Origin: Eubacteriales bacterium
GTDB taxonomy: Bacteria; Bacillota; Clostridia; Oscillospirales; CAG-272
Assembly: GCA_031549925.1 (NCBI GenBank)
Contig: JAVBPA010000006.1
Coordinates: 1 to 64,000 of the forward strand
DNA: 64,000 bases
Reading direction: 5' to 3'
Position 1 is the stretch's first letter, and every line of letters begins with the position of its first letter. Below are positions 29,384 to 39,324 of the stretch, piece after piece. A model generated the notes under the pieces. That model made no database searches. It was not told the DNA's origin and saw only the letters and a list, made by a program, of their open reading frames with translations. Both the position numbers and the translations under genes were made by a program.

Positions 29384-30308
29384 CGGAAAAGTTCCTTAAT
29401 TTCTCTAAAATAATATTAAAATAATCGGGAAGGGAAGTATCAAACGTCAAAAGTTTTCCGGTTGAGGGATGAATAAATTGTAAAGTTTTGGCATGGAGAC
29501 ACTGACCTGATAATACATCGGAATATTTTTGAGCAAATTTGGATTTATCTCCGCCGTAAACAGTATCCCCCAAAACAGGCCGTCCTATATAAGCCATATG
29601 GACGCGTATTTGATGTGTTCTTCCGGTTTCGATGTTTAATTTTATATGCGTAAATGTTCCTTCGCGCGTGATATATTCTTTTATACCAGTGTAATGTGTA
29701 ATTGCTTCTCTTCCGCTTGATATAACAGCCATTTTTTTTCGGTCCGAAGGATGCCGGTCAATAGGTAAATTAATTGTTCCGTTTTCTTCTTTTAATTTTC
29801 CGCATATTACCGCTTCATATATCCGGTTTGTTTTATGGTCTTTTAATTGGTCCGATAAAAATATATGTGTTTTATCATTTTTTGCTATCACAAGAAGTCC
29901 GCTTGTATCTTTATCAATTCTGTGTACAATACCGGGTCTTATAACTCCTCCGATACCGGATAAACTGTCTCCGCAATGATATAGCAAAGCGTTGACCAAG
30001 GTTTTTTCCCAATTACCCGGAGCAGGATGAACTACCATTGCTTTGGCTTTATTTACTAAAATTAAATCATTATCTTCATATACAATATTTATCGGAATAT
30101 CCTGCGGTAAAATTTTGCTGTTTTCCGGATCGGGAATATCATATTCTATTTCATCGTTTAAACGAAGACGGTAATTTTTTTGGCAAACAACTCCGTTCAC
30201 ACGGACAAAACCATTTTCTATCAACTTTTGAGAAGCGGAACGAGAGATCAATTCCCGTTCCGCTATATAAACATCAAGACGTGTGTTCGTTTGGTTTTCT
30301 TTTATCAT
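29376..30308 (-). CDS. rluD: RluD-like 23S rRNA pseudouridine synthase (RluA family, S4 domain)
   Basis: HQIRVHMAYIGRPVLGD motif. Start reassigned to MIKENQTNTRLDVY. Conserved lspA-rluD gene order. Confidence 0.75.
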   Translation of the reverse strand: MIKENQTNTRLDVYIAERELISRSASQKLIENGFVRVNGVVCQKNYRLRLNDEIEYDIPDPENSKILPQDIPINIVYEDNDLILVNKAKAMVVHPAPGNWEKTLVNALLYHCGDSLSGIGGVIRPGIVHRIDKDTSGLLVIAKNDKTHIFLSDQLKDHKTNRIYEAVICGKLKEENGTINLPIDRHPSDRKKMAVISSGREAITHYTGIKEYITREGTFTHIKLNIETGRTHQIRVHMAYIGRPVLGDTVYGGDKSKFAQKYSDVLSGQCLHAKTLQFIHPSTGKLLTFDTSLPDYFNIILEKLRNFSDE

Positions 30309-30825
30309 TTCCTGTTCTAAATTCGTATAATATCGTATATAATACCAAAAGCCCCGCACCGATACAAATAAAAGTATCAGCTCCGTTGAATATCGCAAAA
30401 TCAATTAATTCAAAATTGAAAAAATCTACAACATATCCGGGATTTATACGGTCTATCATGTTACCGATTCCTCCGCCGCATATAAAAGCTATCGAAATAC
30501 CCAATAGTATTTTTATTTTACCGGAATATAATATTAAATAAATAATAAAACCGATAATTGAGACAGAAGATAAAACCATAAAAATCCAACGCTGATCGGT
30601 TAGCATACTAAAAGCCGCTCCTTTATTTTCTGCGTATGTTAAATGAAAGAAGTCTTTTATCAAAGGATAATCGATAATCGGTTTTAAATATTTAACCGCT
30701 AATTTTTTCGTAATTTGATCAATTAAAATTATTACGGTTGTAATTGATAAATAAAATATCAGATGACTAAAATATTTTTTTATAGCAGCCGAATAATTTG
30801 TTTTATCGTTTTTTAATAATATCAT
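30274..30825 (-). CDS. lspA: Lipoprotein signal peptidase II
   Basis: Four-TM protein with conserved NxGxxF and FNxAD motifs (IGNMIDRI...VVDFFNFEL...FNGADTFI). Confidence 0.85.
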   Translation of the reverse strand: MILLKNDKTNYSAAIKKYFSHLIFYLSITTVIILIDQITKKLAVKYLKPIIDYPLIKDFFHLTYAENKGAAFSMLTDQRWIFMVLSSVSIIGFIIYLILYSGKIKILLGISIAFICGGGIGNMIDRINPGYVVDFFNFELIDFAIFNGADTFICIGAGLLVLYTILYEFRTGNDKRKPNEHTS

Positions 30826-30837
30826 TTATCAAAATTA

Positions 30838-33627
30838 TTATTTTAAATTGATAACAGAAGCGCAGCGGGAACAAACAAATTCTTCTTCATGAATAATACC
30901 TTCGTCCGACTGTTTCCAGCAGCGTACGCATTTTTTACCGCTTGCTGTACAAACCTCAGCTTTAAATTTTTCCGCGTTTTCTTCGAACACAATATTAACA
31001 GCCGAAGTAATAAAAACAGTTTCGAGTTCTTCCGTTCCGAAATCGGAAAGTAAACCGAATATTTCTTTGTCGGAGGTTGTTATTGTAACTTGAGCTTCAA
31101 GCGATTTTCCGATTATCTTTTTTGTGCGCGATTCTTCGAGAGCAACCAAAACATCATCGCGTAATTCAAATAAACGATTCCATTTTGTTTCAAGTTCAGA
31201 AAAATCAAATTCCGCATTGTAATCCGGTATATCGTTTAAAAACACACTTAAATTTTTATCCGATTCTTTTTTCGGAATGTAAGACCATACTTCTTCAGAT
31301 GTATATGCAAGCAGAGGCGCGATGAGTAATGTAATCGATTTTAATATTTCATACATTGCCGTTTGTGCGCTGCGGCGTGCAAGGCTGTCTTTTTGTTCCA
31401 CATAAACCCGGTCTTTTATAATATCAATATATAGCTTCGACATGTCAATTGTACAGAAGTTATTTATATCATGATATATATAATGGAATTCGTAATTTTC
31501 GTATCCCTCGCGTACCGATTTTATAAGCTTTGTTAATTTGGATAAAGCCCATTTATCTATATCGTATAAATCTGCTGCCGGAATAGTATCGGTATCAGGA
31601 TTAAAACCGTTTAAATTGGCAAGCAGAATACGCAGTGTATTTCTTATTTTACGGTAAACTTCCGATAGTTGTTTCAATATTTCTTTCGATATCTTTACAT
31701 CGTTTGTATAATCAACGGAAGATACCCACAAACGTAAAATGTCAGCTCCCCAATCTTTTATAACATCTTCCGGAGCAACGGCGTTGCCTAAACTTTTATG
31801 CATCGCTTTGCCTTCGCCGTCAACTGTCCAGCCGTGTGTAATTATTGTTTTATAAGGAGCTACTCCTTTAGCTGCGATTGAAGTCAGCATAGAAGACTGG
31901 AACCATCCGCGGTATTGGTCTCCTCCCTCAAGATATATATCAGCGGGAAATTTAAGTCCCGGCGTTTGATCCAATACTGCGGCATGAGAAGAGCCGGAAT
32001 CAAACCAAACATCCATGATATCAGTTTCTTTTCTAAATTTACCGCAGCCGCATTTGCAAACTGTTTCCGGAGGAAGTATTTGTTCGGCATCGTACAAGAA
32101 CCATGAATTTGATCCCTCGCGGCGGAATAAATCGGAAACGGCTGAAATAGTCGAATCGTTTATCAGATATTCACCGCAATCCGTGCAATAAAAAATCGGT
32201 ATCGGAACACCCCAGTTACGCTGGCGTGATATACACCAGTCGTTGCGTTCAACAATCATTGCGGTCATGCGTTCACGGCCCCATTTAGGATACCATTTTA
32301 TATCATCGCAAGCTTTTACAGCGGCTTCTTTCAGAGCTGAAACAGAAGCGAACCATTGTTCTGTCGCACGGTAAATTATTGGGTTTTTACACCTCCAGCA
32401 ATGCGGGTAAGAGTGTACGATTTCCTCGGAAGCCAGAAGGAAACCATTTTCACGCAAATCATCAAGAATAATTTTATTTGCTTTATCATAACGGATTCCG
32501 GCAAATTTTCCGGCTTCTTCGGTTAAAAATCCGCGTCCGTCAACAGGAACAACAACGCCGATGGAAGTTCCTTTTTCCGTATCATATTTTCTGCAAATAT
32601 CAAAGTCATCAGATCCGTGACCGGGGGCAGTGTGGACGCATCCTGTTCCGGATTCGTTTGTTACATGTTCTCCGTTTAATATAACAGATTTTCTGTCAAG
32701 GAAAGGATGATTTGCCGTCATTAATTCAAAATCAGAACCTTTTAATTTCGCTATTATTTCATAATTTTCAATTTTTGCCGTTTTGCAAACTTGTTCAAGC
32801 AATTGAGAAGCTATTATATATGTTTCGCCGCATTGAACTTTTATTAAAACATAATCAAAATCAGCGTTAAGACAAATAGCCAGATTTCCCGGTAAAGTCC
32901 ATGTAGTTGTGGTCCAAATAACAAAATATGTTTTATCAAGATCACATAAACCGGATAATTTTCCTCTATCGCAGTCTACTTTAAATTTAACATATATAGA
33001 TTCGCACTTATCGTCACTGTATTCGATTTCAGCTTCCGCGAGAGCGGTTTCATCGTCGGGACACCAATAAACGGATTTAAAATCACGGTAGATGTAACCT
33101 TTTTTTGCCATCTCTCCGAATATTTCAATTTGTTTGCTTTCAAATGAAGGTTTAACGGTTAAATAAGGATTATCCCAATCTGCCAAAACGCCGAGTCTCT
33201 TAAATTGAGAACGCTGTATATCTACATAATCGAGAACAAATTTATGACATTTATCTCTAAATTCAGGAATCGACATTTTTTTTCTGTCAAGCTTTGTTTG
33301 TTTAATTATTGCGTTTTCCGCCGGTAAACCATGACAATCCCAGCCCGGTACATAAGGAGAACACCAACCGGACATGTTTTTATATTTAACAATAATATCT
33401 TTTAATATTTTATTTAATGAAGTTCCAATATGAATATTTCCGTTTGCATACGGAGGACCGTCATGAAGAATGAATGTAGGTTTATCTGCATTGTTTTCTA
33501 TGATTTTATGGTAAATATCTTCACGGTTCCAATTATCGAGTATTTCCGGTTCATGCTGCGGAAGACTGGCTCTCATAGGAAAATCTGTTTGCGGCAAATT
33601 TAGAGTGCTTGTATAATCCTTTGACAT
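30838..33627 (-). CDS. ileS: Isoleucine--tRNA ligase
   Basis: HIGH motif (NGNIHIGTSLN), KMSKS motif (KAMHKSLGN), and a C-terminal zinc-finger Cys pair. Start reassigned to MSKDYTSTLNLPQTDFPMRA, which has AAGGAG upstream. Confidence 0.9.
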   Translation of the reverse strand: MSKDYTSTLNLPQTDFPMRASLPQHEPEILDNWNREDIYHKIIENNADKPTFILHDGPPYANGNIHIGTSLNKILKDIIVKYKNMSGWCSPYVPGWDCHGLPAENAIIKQTKLDRKKMSIPEFRDKCHKFVLDYVDIQRSQFKRLGVLADWDNPYLTVKPSFESKQIEIFGEMAKKGYIYRDFKSVYWCPDDETALAEAEIEYSDDKCESIYVKFKVDCDRGKLSGLCDLDKTYFVIWTTTTWTLPGNLAICLNADFDYVLIKVQCGETYIIASQLLEQVCKTAKIENYEIIAKLKGSDFELMTANHPFLDRKSVILNGEHVTNESGTGCVHTAPGHGSDDFDICRKYDTEKGTSIGVVVPVDGRGFLTEEAGKFAGIRYDKANKIILDDLRENGFLLASEEIVHSYPHCWRCKNPIIYRATEQWFASVSALKEAAVKACDDIKWYPKWGRERMTAMIVERNDWCISRQRNWGVPIPIFYCTDCGEYLINDSTISAVSDLFRREGSNSWFLYDAEQILPPETVCKCGCGKFRKETDIMDVWFDSGSSHAAVLDQTPGLKFPADIYLEGGDQYRGWFQSSMLTSIAAKGVAPYKTIITHGWTVDGEGKAMHKSLGNAVAPEDVIKDWGADILRLWVSSVDYTNDVKISKEILKQLSEVYRKIRNTLRILLANLNGFNPDTDTIPAADLYDIDKWALSKLTKLIKSVREGYENYEFHYIYHDINNFCTIDMSKLYIDIIKDRVYVEQKDSLARRSAQTAMYEILKSITLLIAPLLAYTSEEVWSYIPKKESDKNLSVFLNDIPDYNAEFDFSELETKWNRLFELRDDVLVALEESRTKKIIGKSLEAQVTITTSDKEIFGLLSDFGTEELETVFITSAVNIVFEENAEKFKAEVCTASGKKCVRCWKQSDEGIIHEEEFVCSRCASVINLK

Positions 33628-33643
33628 ATATTTATTTTGCTCC

Positions 33644-35290
33644 TTATTGGGAATCCGTATCATCTGTATATATAAAATCATAATCTTCGTTGTTTTTTGA
33701 TTTACTCGACGGTACGGGTTTAGATTTATTTTTGTTTTTTCCAAAACCGAATCTTTTTTCTTTTTTTGATGAATCTTCAATTGTTTTCAAAAATTCCTGG
33801 TATTCTAAATCTTCTTCTTCGTTGAATTGTATTTCATCGCTTGAATTTTTGTTGGTTTTATTACCGTTTTTTAAGTTTTCGGTTTTTTGATTAATAGATG
33901 GTTTAATATCTTCCGTTTTATTTTCCGGAACATTTTTCAACGCACTTTCGGGAGCGTTGTATTTATTATAATTTTCAGTATCGTTTTCTTCGTTTTCAAT
34001 TAAATCATCATCAATTGATAATAATTTATTAAGTTCTATAATAGAAGATTTGACTCCTTTTGAAATATCGCCGCTTTTTATCGGTTTAATTATAACGCGT
34101 TCTGCCGGAGGTTCTATAATCGTTTCTTTTACAATTTCAGGAGAAGCGTTTGCGATTTCGTCCGGAAAATTTTCTTTAAATTCTTCATCAAATTCCGTAT
34201 TATCATTAAAATTATCCGTTTTTTCGATTTCGGAATTTGTTTTTGCTCCCATTTCTAAATTTTTATCCGTAAAAATACCGGTTTCTGCTTTTTCGTTTTC
34301 AAAAACTATATTATCTTCATTGATATTATCTTCAAAAACGTTTTCTGAATCATTATCCTCGTTTAATTCCGGTTCTTTTTGTTTTTCGTCTAAAATATTA
34401 TTTTTTGTAATTACCGGCTGTATAAAAGCAACTGTTTCTTCTTTTTCAGATAAATTATTTTCTATGTTTTCTTCTATTGTTTCCGGTATCGGATTTATGT
34501 TTTTAGGAGCTATATAAGCAGTAGGTCTTTTTCTTTTGATAATTTTCATATTCCTGATTTTTTGCGGTTCCGGTATATCTGTTTTTATATTAGATTCCGT
34601 TTCCGTTTTATTTATCTCAGGTTCGTCATTTTTTTCTGTAATTATCGGTTTATTATCGTTTTTTACTTCTTCTTTAATTATTTTTGGTTCTTCTTGCGGT
34701 AAAATTTCTGCTTGAATTTTTTGTTCCGGTTCTGTTTTGGTTTTTTCAGCTTTCTTTATATTTTCAAGAAGATCTTGTTTTATGTTATCTATTACACGCC
34801 GGGCGAACGCATCTTCCGTTATGTTTAATTCGTTGAGACCTTCAATTTCCGTTTTGATATCTTCAATTATTTCAATATGTTTATTATATGTCGAAAAAAG
34901 ATTTGATTTAAAATCAACAACTATAGAACGCAAAGCAAGCAAAGTATCACATTCACGTTTAATATCGGAACGGAAATCCGATAATATTTTTTCACAATTT
35001 GTTTTTGTAGCCCGAAGTACTACTTCTGCTCTTTCGTTTGCTTCATTTATTATAGTAGAACTTGCTTTCTGAGCATTTATTAATGCCGCTCTTATTGATT
35101 CTTCATCTTTTTTTATTGCATCGAGTTTTGATTGAGTGGTTCTTAATTTTTTTTCAAGTTCGTTGTTTTCGCGGTATAATTCTGTATATTTTTCAATAAT
35201 AAAATTTATATGTTCATCAACTTCGGCAGAGTTATAGCCTCTTACCGATTTTGCGAATTCTCTTTTTTCAAGCTCATTCGGAGGAAGCAT
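33644..35290 (-). CDS. divIVA: DivIVA-domain cell-division protein with a long low-complexity C-terminal extension
   Basis: The N-terminus MLPPNELEKREFAKSVRGYNSAEVDEHINFIIEKYTELYRENNELEKKL is canonical DivIVA. It is followed by about 380 aa rich in E, N and K. Confidence 0.7.
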   Translation of the reverse strand: MLPPNELEKREFAKSVRGYNSAEVDEHINFIIEKYTELYRENNELEKKLRTTQSKLDAIKKDEESIRAALINAQKASSTIINEANERAEVVLRATKTNCEKILSDFRSDIKRECDTLLALRSIVVDFKSNLFSTYNKHIEIIEDIKTEIEGLNELNITEDAFARRVIDNIKQDLLENIKKAEKTKTEPEQKIQAEILPQEEPKIIKEEVKNDNKPIITEKNDEPEINKTETESNIKTDIPEPQKIRNMKIIKRKRPTAYIAPKNINPIPETIEENIENNLSEKEETVAFIQPVITKNNILDEKQKEPELNEDNDSENVFEDNINEDNIVFENEKAETGIFTDKNLEMGAKTNSEIEKTDNFNDNTEFDEEFKENFPDEIANASPEIVKETIIEPPAERVIIKPIKSGDISKGVKSSIIELNKLLSIDDDLIENEENDTENYNKYNAPESALKNVPENKTEDIKPSINQKTENLKNGNKTNKNSSDEIQFNEEEDLEYQEFLKTIEDSSKKEKRFGFGKNKNKSKPVPSSKSKNNEDYDFIYTDDTDSQ

Positions 35291-35375
35291 TTTTTATCCG
35301 TCCTTTGTTTTCTAAATATTTAAATAAGGCGGAAAACGGTTTCGTCTCCGCCGTAATTATTTTATCCGATAATAT

Positions 35376-35711
35376 TTATATACTTCTGGGAAGTATAAAT
35401 TGTATTATTGATAACAATAAAAAAGTTACAATAAACGATAAATCAATAGGCATTTCTTGCAGGAAAGGTATTTTATCAAGTAAAACTCTTACGGGATAAA
35501 TAACAGGTTCGGTGATAGTCCATAAAAATCTGGTCAGATTATTTTCTGCATCCGGCATAACCCATGACAATATAGCGCGTGCAAACATACACAGTTGTAA
35601 AATCGCAAGCAGATAATATACAAAATTTATAAAAACATAAAATAATGATATTATAACAATAACCTCATTCCGAAAAATAAAAATATAGACAGATACATAT
35701 ATAATATACAA
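35376..35711 (-). CDS. YggT-family membrane protein
   Basis: ARAILSWV...FLWTITEPVIYPVRVLL is typical of YggT/YlmG. The exact start is uncertain. Confidence 0.65.
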   Translation of the reverse strand: MYIIYVSVYIFIFRNEVIVIISLFYVFINFVYYLLAILQLCMFARAILSWVMPDAENNLTRFLWTITEPVIYPVRVLLDKIPFLQEMPIDLSFIVTFLLLSIIQFILPRSI

Positions 35712-35770
35712 TTATATCCAAATTATAACTTTAATATATCATAATTAAGATATAATTCATATATTAATCA

Positions 35771-36304
35771 TTAAATAGTATCATAAGGATCTTCCATAAT
35801 TTGAGATTGAGATTGTCTCTGCTGACTTTGCTGCTCCTGTGACAAATCAACATTACTCGGAGTAATAATCCATGTAAAAGCTGACGCTTTTTTAATATTT
35901 CCTTCAATCGTATAAACAACTCCGAGGATAAAGTCAATCATTCTGCGTGCGGTTTCTTTATTTGTATTTTCTAAATTCAAAACAACAGTGCGGCGATTAA
36001 TTAAATGATCCGCTATCATGTTAACGCTTTCCCATTTTTGGGGCTTTATAATCTTCATTTCAAGCGAATTCGAACTAATAGCAATATTTTCATTATTATT
36101 CTGATGCTGCTGCGAAGCTCCTCCGCCTCTGTAGGTGTTTTGATTTTGATTCTGCTGCTGTTGCTGGGGCTGCTGTGTATAATCATCAGAATAAGTATAA
36201 TCTACATTTTCAGCTCCGTTAAATACATATTCATCTTCCGCATAATTGTTTTCATCAATATCTGTTGGGTTGACCAGATTTTTTACCTTATCCATGAAGC
36301 CCAT
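35771..36304 (-). CDS. sepF: Cell-division protein SepF
   Basis: Gln-rich linker and a conserved C-terminal domain (IIKPQKWESVNMIADHLINRRTVVLNLEN). Confidence 0.8.
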   Translation of the reverse strand: MGFMDKVKNLVNPTDIDENNYAEDEYVFNGAENVDYTYSDDYTQQPQQQQQNQNQNTYRGGGASQQHQNNNENIAISSNSLEMKIIKPQKWESVNMIADHLINRRTVVLNLENTNKETARRMIDFILGVVYTIEGNIKKASAFTWIITPSNVDLSQEQQSQQRQSQSQIMEDPYDTI

Positions 36305-36372
36305 TTAATAAATCCTCCGTATATTATGCCGGACAACCATATAACTTCCGTGCACTCTATTTTATAATATTT

Positions 36373-37086
36373 TTATTTTATACTAGTTCGTGTCCCGAAA
36401 ATCGCACTTCCGGGACGTATCATATTTGCTCCGTTTTCGATAGCATTTATATAATCAGCAGACATACCCATCGATAAAACAGACTTAGTTATATTATGTA
36501 ATTTTTTTTTATAAATGTCAATAAAAATTTGATAAGTTTCTCCAAAAAAATTTTTACAATTACTATATTCGCTACCAATTGCTCCTATTGTCATTAATCC
36601 GACAGGTAATATATTTTTATATTCTAAAATATTTGACAAAAAACTTTCTGTTTGTTCAGGTAATATTCCGTTTTTATTTTCTTCCCGTGCTATATTTATT
36701 TCAATTAAGCATTTACTTATTATATTCTTTTTTTTAGAAACCGAATCAATTTCCGCAGCGGCACGCAAATTATCAAGAGATTGTATTAAATCGGTACATC
36801 CTACGATTTTATTAATCTTATTTGTCTGCAAAGCTCCTATATAATCAACTTTTAATGATTTATCATATTCATCGTATTTTGAAACCAATTCTGAAACCCG
36901 ATTTTCACCGATACGGGATAAACCAATTGAAGCGGCGTAATTAATGCTTTCCGCGGAAACCGTTTTTGTTGCCGCGCAAATCTCAATTTCGTAATTAATT
37001 CCGAGTCTTGTTTTAGCATTTTCCACATTTTCCAAAACACGCATATAATTTTCATATATCGTATTTTTATATTCCTCTGTTATCAT
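36373..37086 (-). CDS. YggS-family PLP-binding protein (PLP homeostasis protein)
   Basis: Alanine-racemase-N-like fold with a conserved AATKTV lysine region, in the conserved position before sepF. Confidence 0.8.
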   Translation of the reverse strand: MITEEYKNTIYENYMRVLENVENAKTRLGINYEIEICAATKTVSAESINYAASIGLSRIGENRVSELVSKYDEYDKSLKVDYIGALQTNKINKIVGCTDLIQSLDNLRAAAEIDSVSKKKNIISKCLIEINIAREENKNGILPEQTESFLSNILEYKNILPVGLMTIGAIGSEYSNCKNFFGETYQIFIDIYKKKLHNITKSVLSMGMSADYINAIENGANMIRPGSAIFGTRTSIK

Positions 37087-37108
37087 ATATAAAATGTACT
37101 CCGGATAT

Positions 37109-38350
37109 TTAATTTAATATCTGACCGTCGTAATAATCTTTTCCTTTTGTGATTATTTTTTCGTATAACCCTAAACGTTTTGTATGTTCGGGATTCGAGA
37201 CATCTTTCGGCTCAACTATAAAATATCCGTTTTTTTCAAATATCGGATTTATCTCGCGGAATTCCACGACAGAACCGTTTAATATATACACTCCGTTTTT
37301 TCCGTCCACAATACGCACGGCTGAAACAGGAACACGGTATCCGCTGTAAGAAAAGCGGATTATATCAACAGTTTGACATCTTAAAAAATTGAAATTTTCG
37401 TTTATTATACCATTTTTAAATATTAATACAATACGTTCGCTGTCAGGTTCTGATATAACCCTGAAGAGATTCATGTTTATAGTTTTGTCGCTGTTATATG
37501 GAAATATAACATCATAATTGCGCCCTTGCACAAAATTATTTATATCTTCATAAAGTATTTCACATGCAATGTACCAATCATAGCTTAATGCGATTTTACC
37601 TATAGCTCCTGAATTTTCAATTTCAAAAGGCTGGGCTTCAATTAATTTTTTATAATCATCGAGAGTCATTATATTTACGTCAACCGATGAAAAAACATTT
37701 TCATAACCGTCTATTGTATCATAAAAATAACCGGATCTTTCGCTGATTACCGTGTCGCTTATATTACCGGAATCACTTTTCAAATTATCGAGACTTTTTT
37801 GTAATTCATCGATCTTTTCTTCCCAGCCGGAAACAACCTTTAAAGAAACCTGACGCCGGTTTAATAATTTAAGCAATTCATCTTTTTTCTTTATGACATA
37901 ATAAATGTCACCGTTTTCGATTTTATCTCTGAAAGTATTATATAGTTTATTTATTCTCGTGTCAATGGTAGAAACATCAGACATTATAATGTTATCTTCA
38001 ATTGAACTGTCTTTAAGCAATTCGATTTTTTTTTCAAGAGCGTTTATTTCGTTATGTATATCGTTTCCTTCTGATATTGTCGCTACTACCGCATCTTTTT
38101 GTATCTTACTTCCGTTTGTGTAATAATAACTGATGTTACCGTCGTAATACGAATATAAAATTTTTTCGTTTCTAATAATATACGCGTCAAGAGAAGCGAT
38201 TTCGTTTTCAGTAACATACATTGCCGGAAGAGTTTCTATACTTTGAGAAAAGTTTCCGGTCATTTGTATAATAATATAAACAACAACAAACACCGATACT
38301 ATTGCTGTAACGATGTAAATTGCGATATCTTTTAAATATTTAGTATCCAT
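37109..38350 (-). CDS. Membrane-anchored HlyD/membrane-fusion-like protein with a coiled coil
   Basis: N-terminal TM helix, a central coiled coil, and C-terminal beta-strand pattern VPVSAVRIVDGKNGVYILNGSVVEFREI...GQIL, which resembles membrane fusion protein C-terminal domains. Confidence 0.4.
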   Translation of the reverse strand: MDTKYLKDIAIYIVTAIVSVFVVVYIIIQMTGNFSQSIETLPAMYVTENEIASLDAYIIRNEKILYSYYDGNISYYYTNGSKIQKDAVVATISEGNDIHNEINALEKKIELLKDSSIEDNIIMSDVSTIDTRINKLYNTFRDKIENGDIYYVIKKKDELLKLLNRRQVSLKVVSGWEEKIDELQKSLDNLKSDSGNISDTVISERSGYFYDTIDGYENVFSSVDVNIMTLDDYKKLIEAQPFEIENSGAIGKIALSYDWYIACEILYEDINNFVQGRNYDVIFPYNSDKTINMNLFRVISEPDSERIVLIFKNGIINENFNFLRCQTVDIIRFSYSGYRVPVSAVRIVDGKNGVYILNGSVVEFREINPIFEKNGYFIVEPKDVSNPEHTKRLGLYEKIITKGKDYYDGQILN

Positions 38351-38379
38351 TTTTTTGTATAGTAATAATTTTAGTTTAC

Positions 38380-39324
38380 TTATTTATTAAAACAATGTAT
38401 TATATCACAGTTATTATCAAAAGTTAATAGCTTTTGCACATTGTTTACAATCTCTTCAAATGTATGATTATTGCTTATATCTATATTTTTAATATAATCT
38501 CTGTATTTGAACCATGTAATTTGTCGTTTTGCATAATTCCTGGTTGCTGTTTTTATATTTTCAACAGCTTCTTCAAAGGACCAAAGCCCATCAAGATAAC
38601 TATATAATTCGCGGTATCCGATTGCCTGTGCTGCGTTTGAATCACGTTTTAAGTTAAGAATTTTAACTTCTTCCAATAAACCGTTTTCTATCATAATATC
38701 AACTCTGCGGTTTATTCTTTCGTATAAAGCATCTCTATCCGTATAATTTAATGATATTACATCAAAATTATATTTTGTATTTTGGGGTTTTGATTTTTTA
38801 TCCCATTCGGTTTTTGTTACTCCGGTTGTTTTAAAAATTTCAAGTGCGCGGATAACTCTTTTTTTATTATTTTTATGAATAGCCAAAGCGGATTCATAAT
38901 CGACTTTATATAGCATTGAATGAAGTTCATCGCATGAATATTTTTCCAGTTCTTCGCGGTATTTATGGTCTGATCCGGTTTCAGAAAAAATATTACCGCT
39001 GACGACCGCGTCAATATATAAACCTGTTCCTCCGCAAAATACCGGAATTTTTCCACGGGAGATTATTTCATCCGCTGTATTATAAGCCATTTTCTGATAA
39101 TCGGCACAAGAAAAATTTTCGCAGGGATTAAGTATATCAATCATATGATGACGAACTTCTAAAAGCTCTTCCTGTGTAGGTTTTGCCGTTCCTATATTCA
39201 TACCTTTGTATATTTGCATTGAATCGCAGGAAATAATTTCACCGTTTATTTTTTTGGCAATTTCGATAGCTGCTTTTGTTTTTCCCGAAGCTGTGGGACC
39301 GGTTATAACCGCTATATAATTCAT
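38380..39324 (-). CDS. miaA: tRNA dimethylallyltransferase
   Basis: P-loop ITGPTASGKT...SCDSMQIYKGMNIGTAKP. The start chosen at MNYIAVI gives an ATGA overlap with the upstream stop; the alternative start at 39339 cannot be excluded. Confidence 0.85.
   Translation of the reverse strand: MNYIAVITGPTASGKTKAAIEIAKKINGEIISCDSMQIYKGMNIGTAKPTQEELLEVRHHMIDILNPCENFSCADYQKMAYNTADEIISRGKIPVFCGGTGLYIDAVVSGNIFSETGSDHKYREELEKYSCDELHSMLYKVDYESALAIHKNNKKRVIRALEIFKTTGVTKTEWDKKSKPQNTKYNFDVISLNYTDRDALYERINRRVDIMIENGLLEEVKILNLKRDSNAAQAIGYRELYSYLDGLWSFEEAVENIKTATRNYAKRQITWFKYRDYIKNIDISNNHTFEEIVNNVQKLLTFDNNCDIIHCFNK

Noticed and set aside
33628-34000. T-box leader for ileS
   Set aside because: Searched for the AGGGTGGNACCGCG core on the ileS strand and found nothing. 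The region is protein-coding (DivIVA tail) with only a 16-bp gap before ileS.
33690-35072. Plus-strand ORFs antisense to divIVA (66, 155 and 111 aa)
   Set aside because: Ser/Phe-rich reverse translations of the low-complexity E/K/N-rich DivIVA tail.
35376-35711. N-terminal 20-30 residues of the YggT ORF as listed
   Set aside because: They are probably not translated, because YggT proteins are about 85-95 aa. The true start could not be fixed without an alignment, so the listed boundary was kept with lower confidence.
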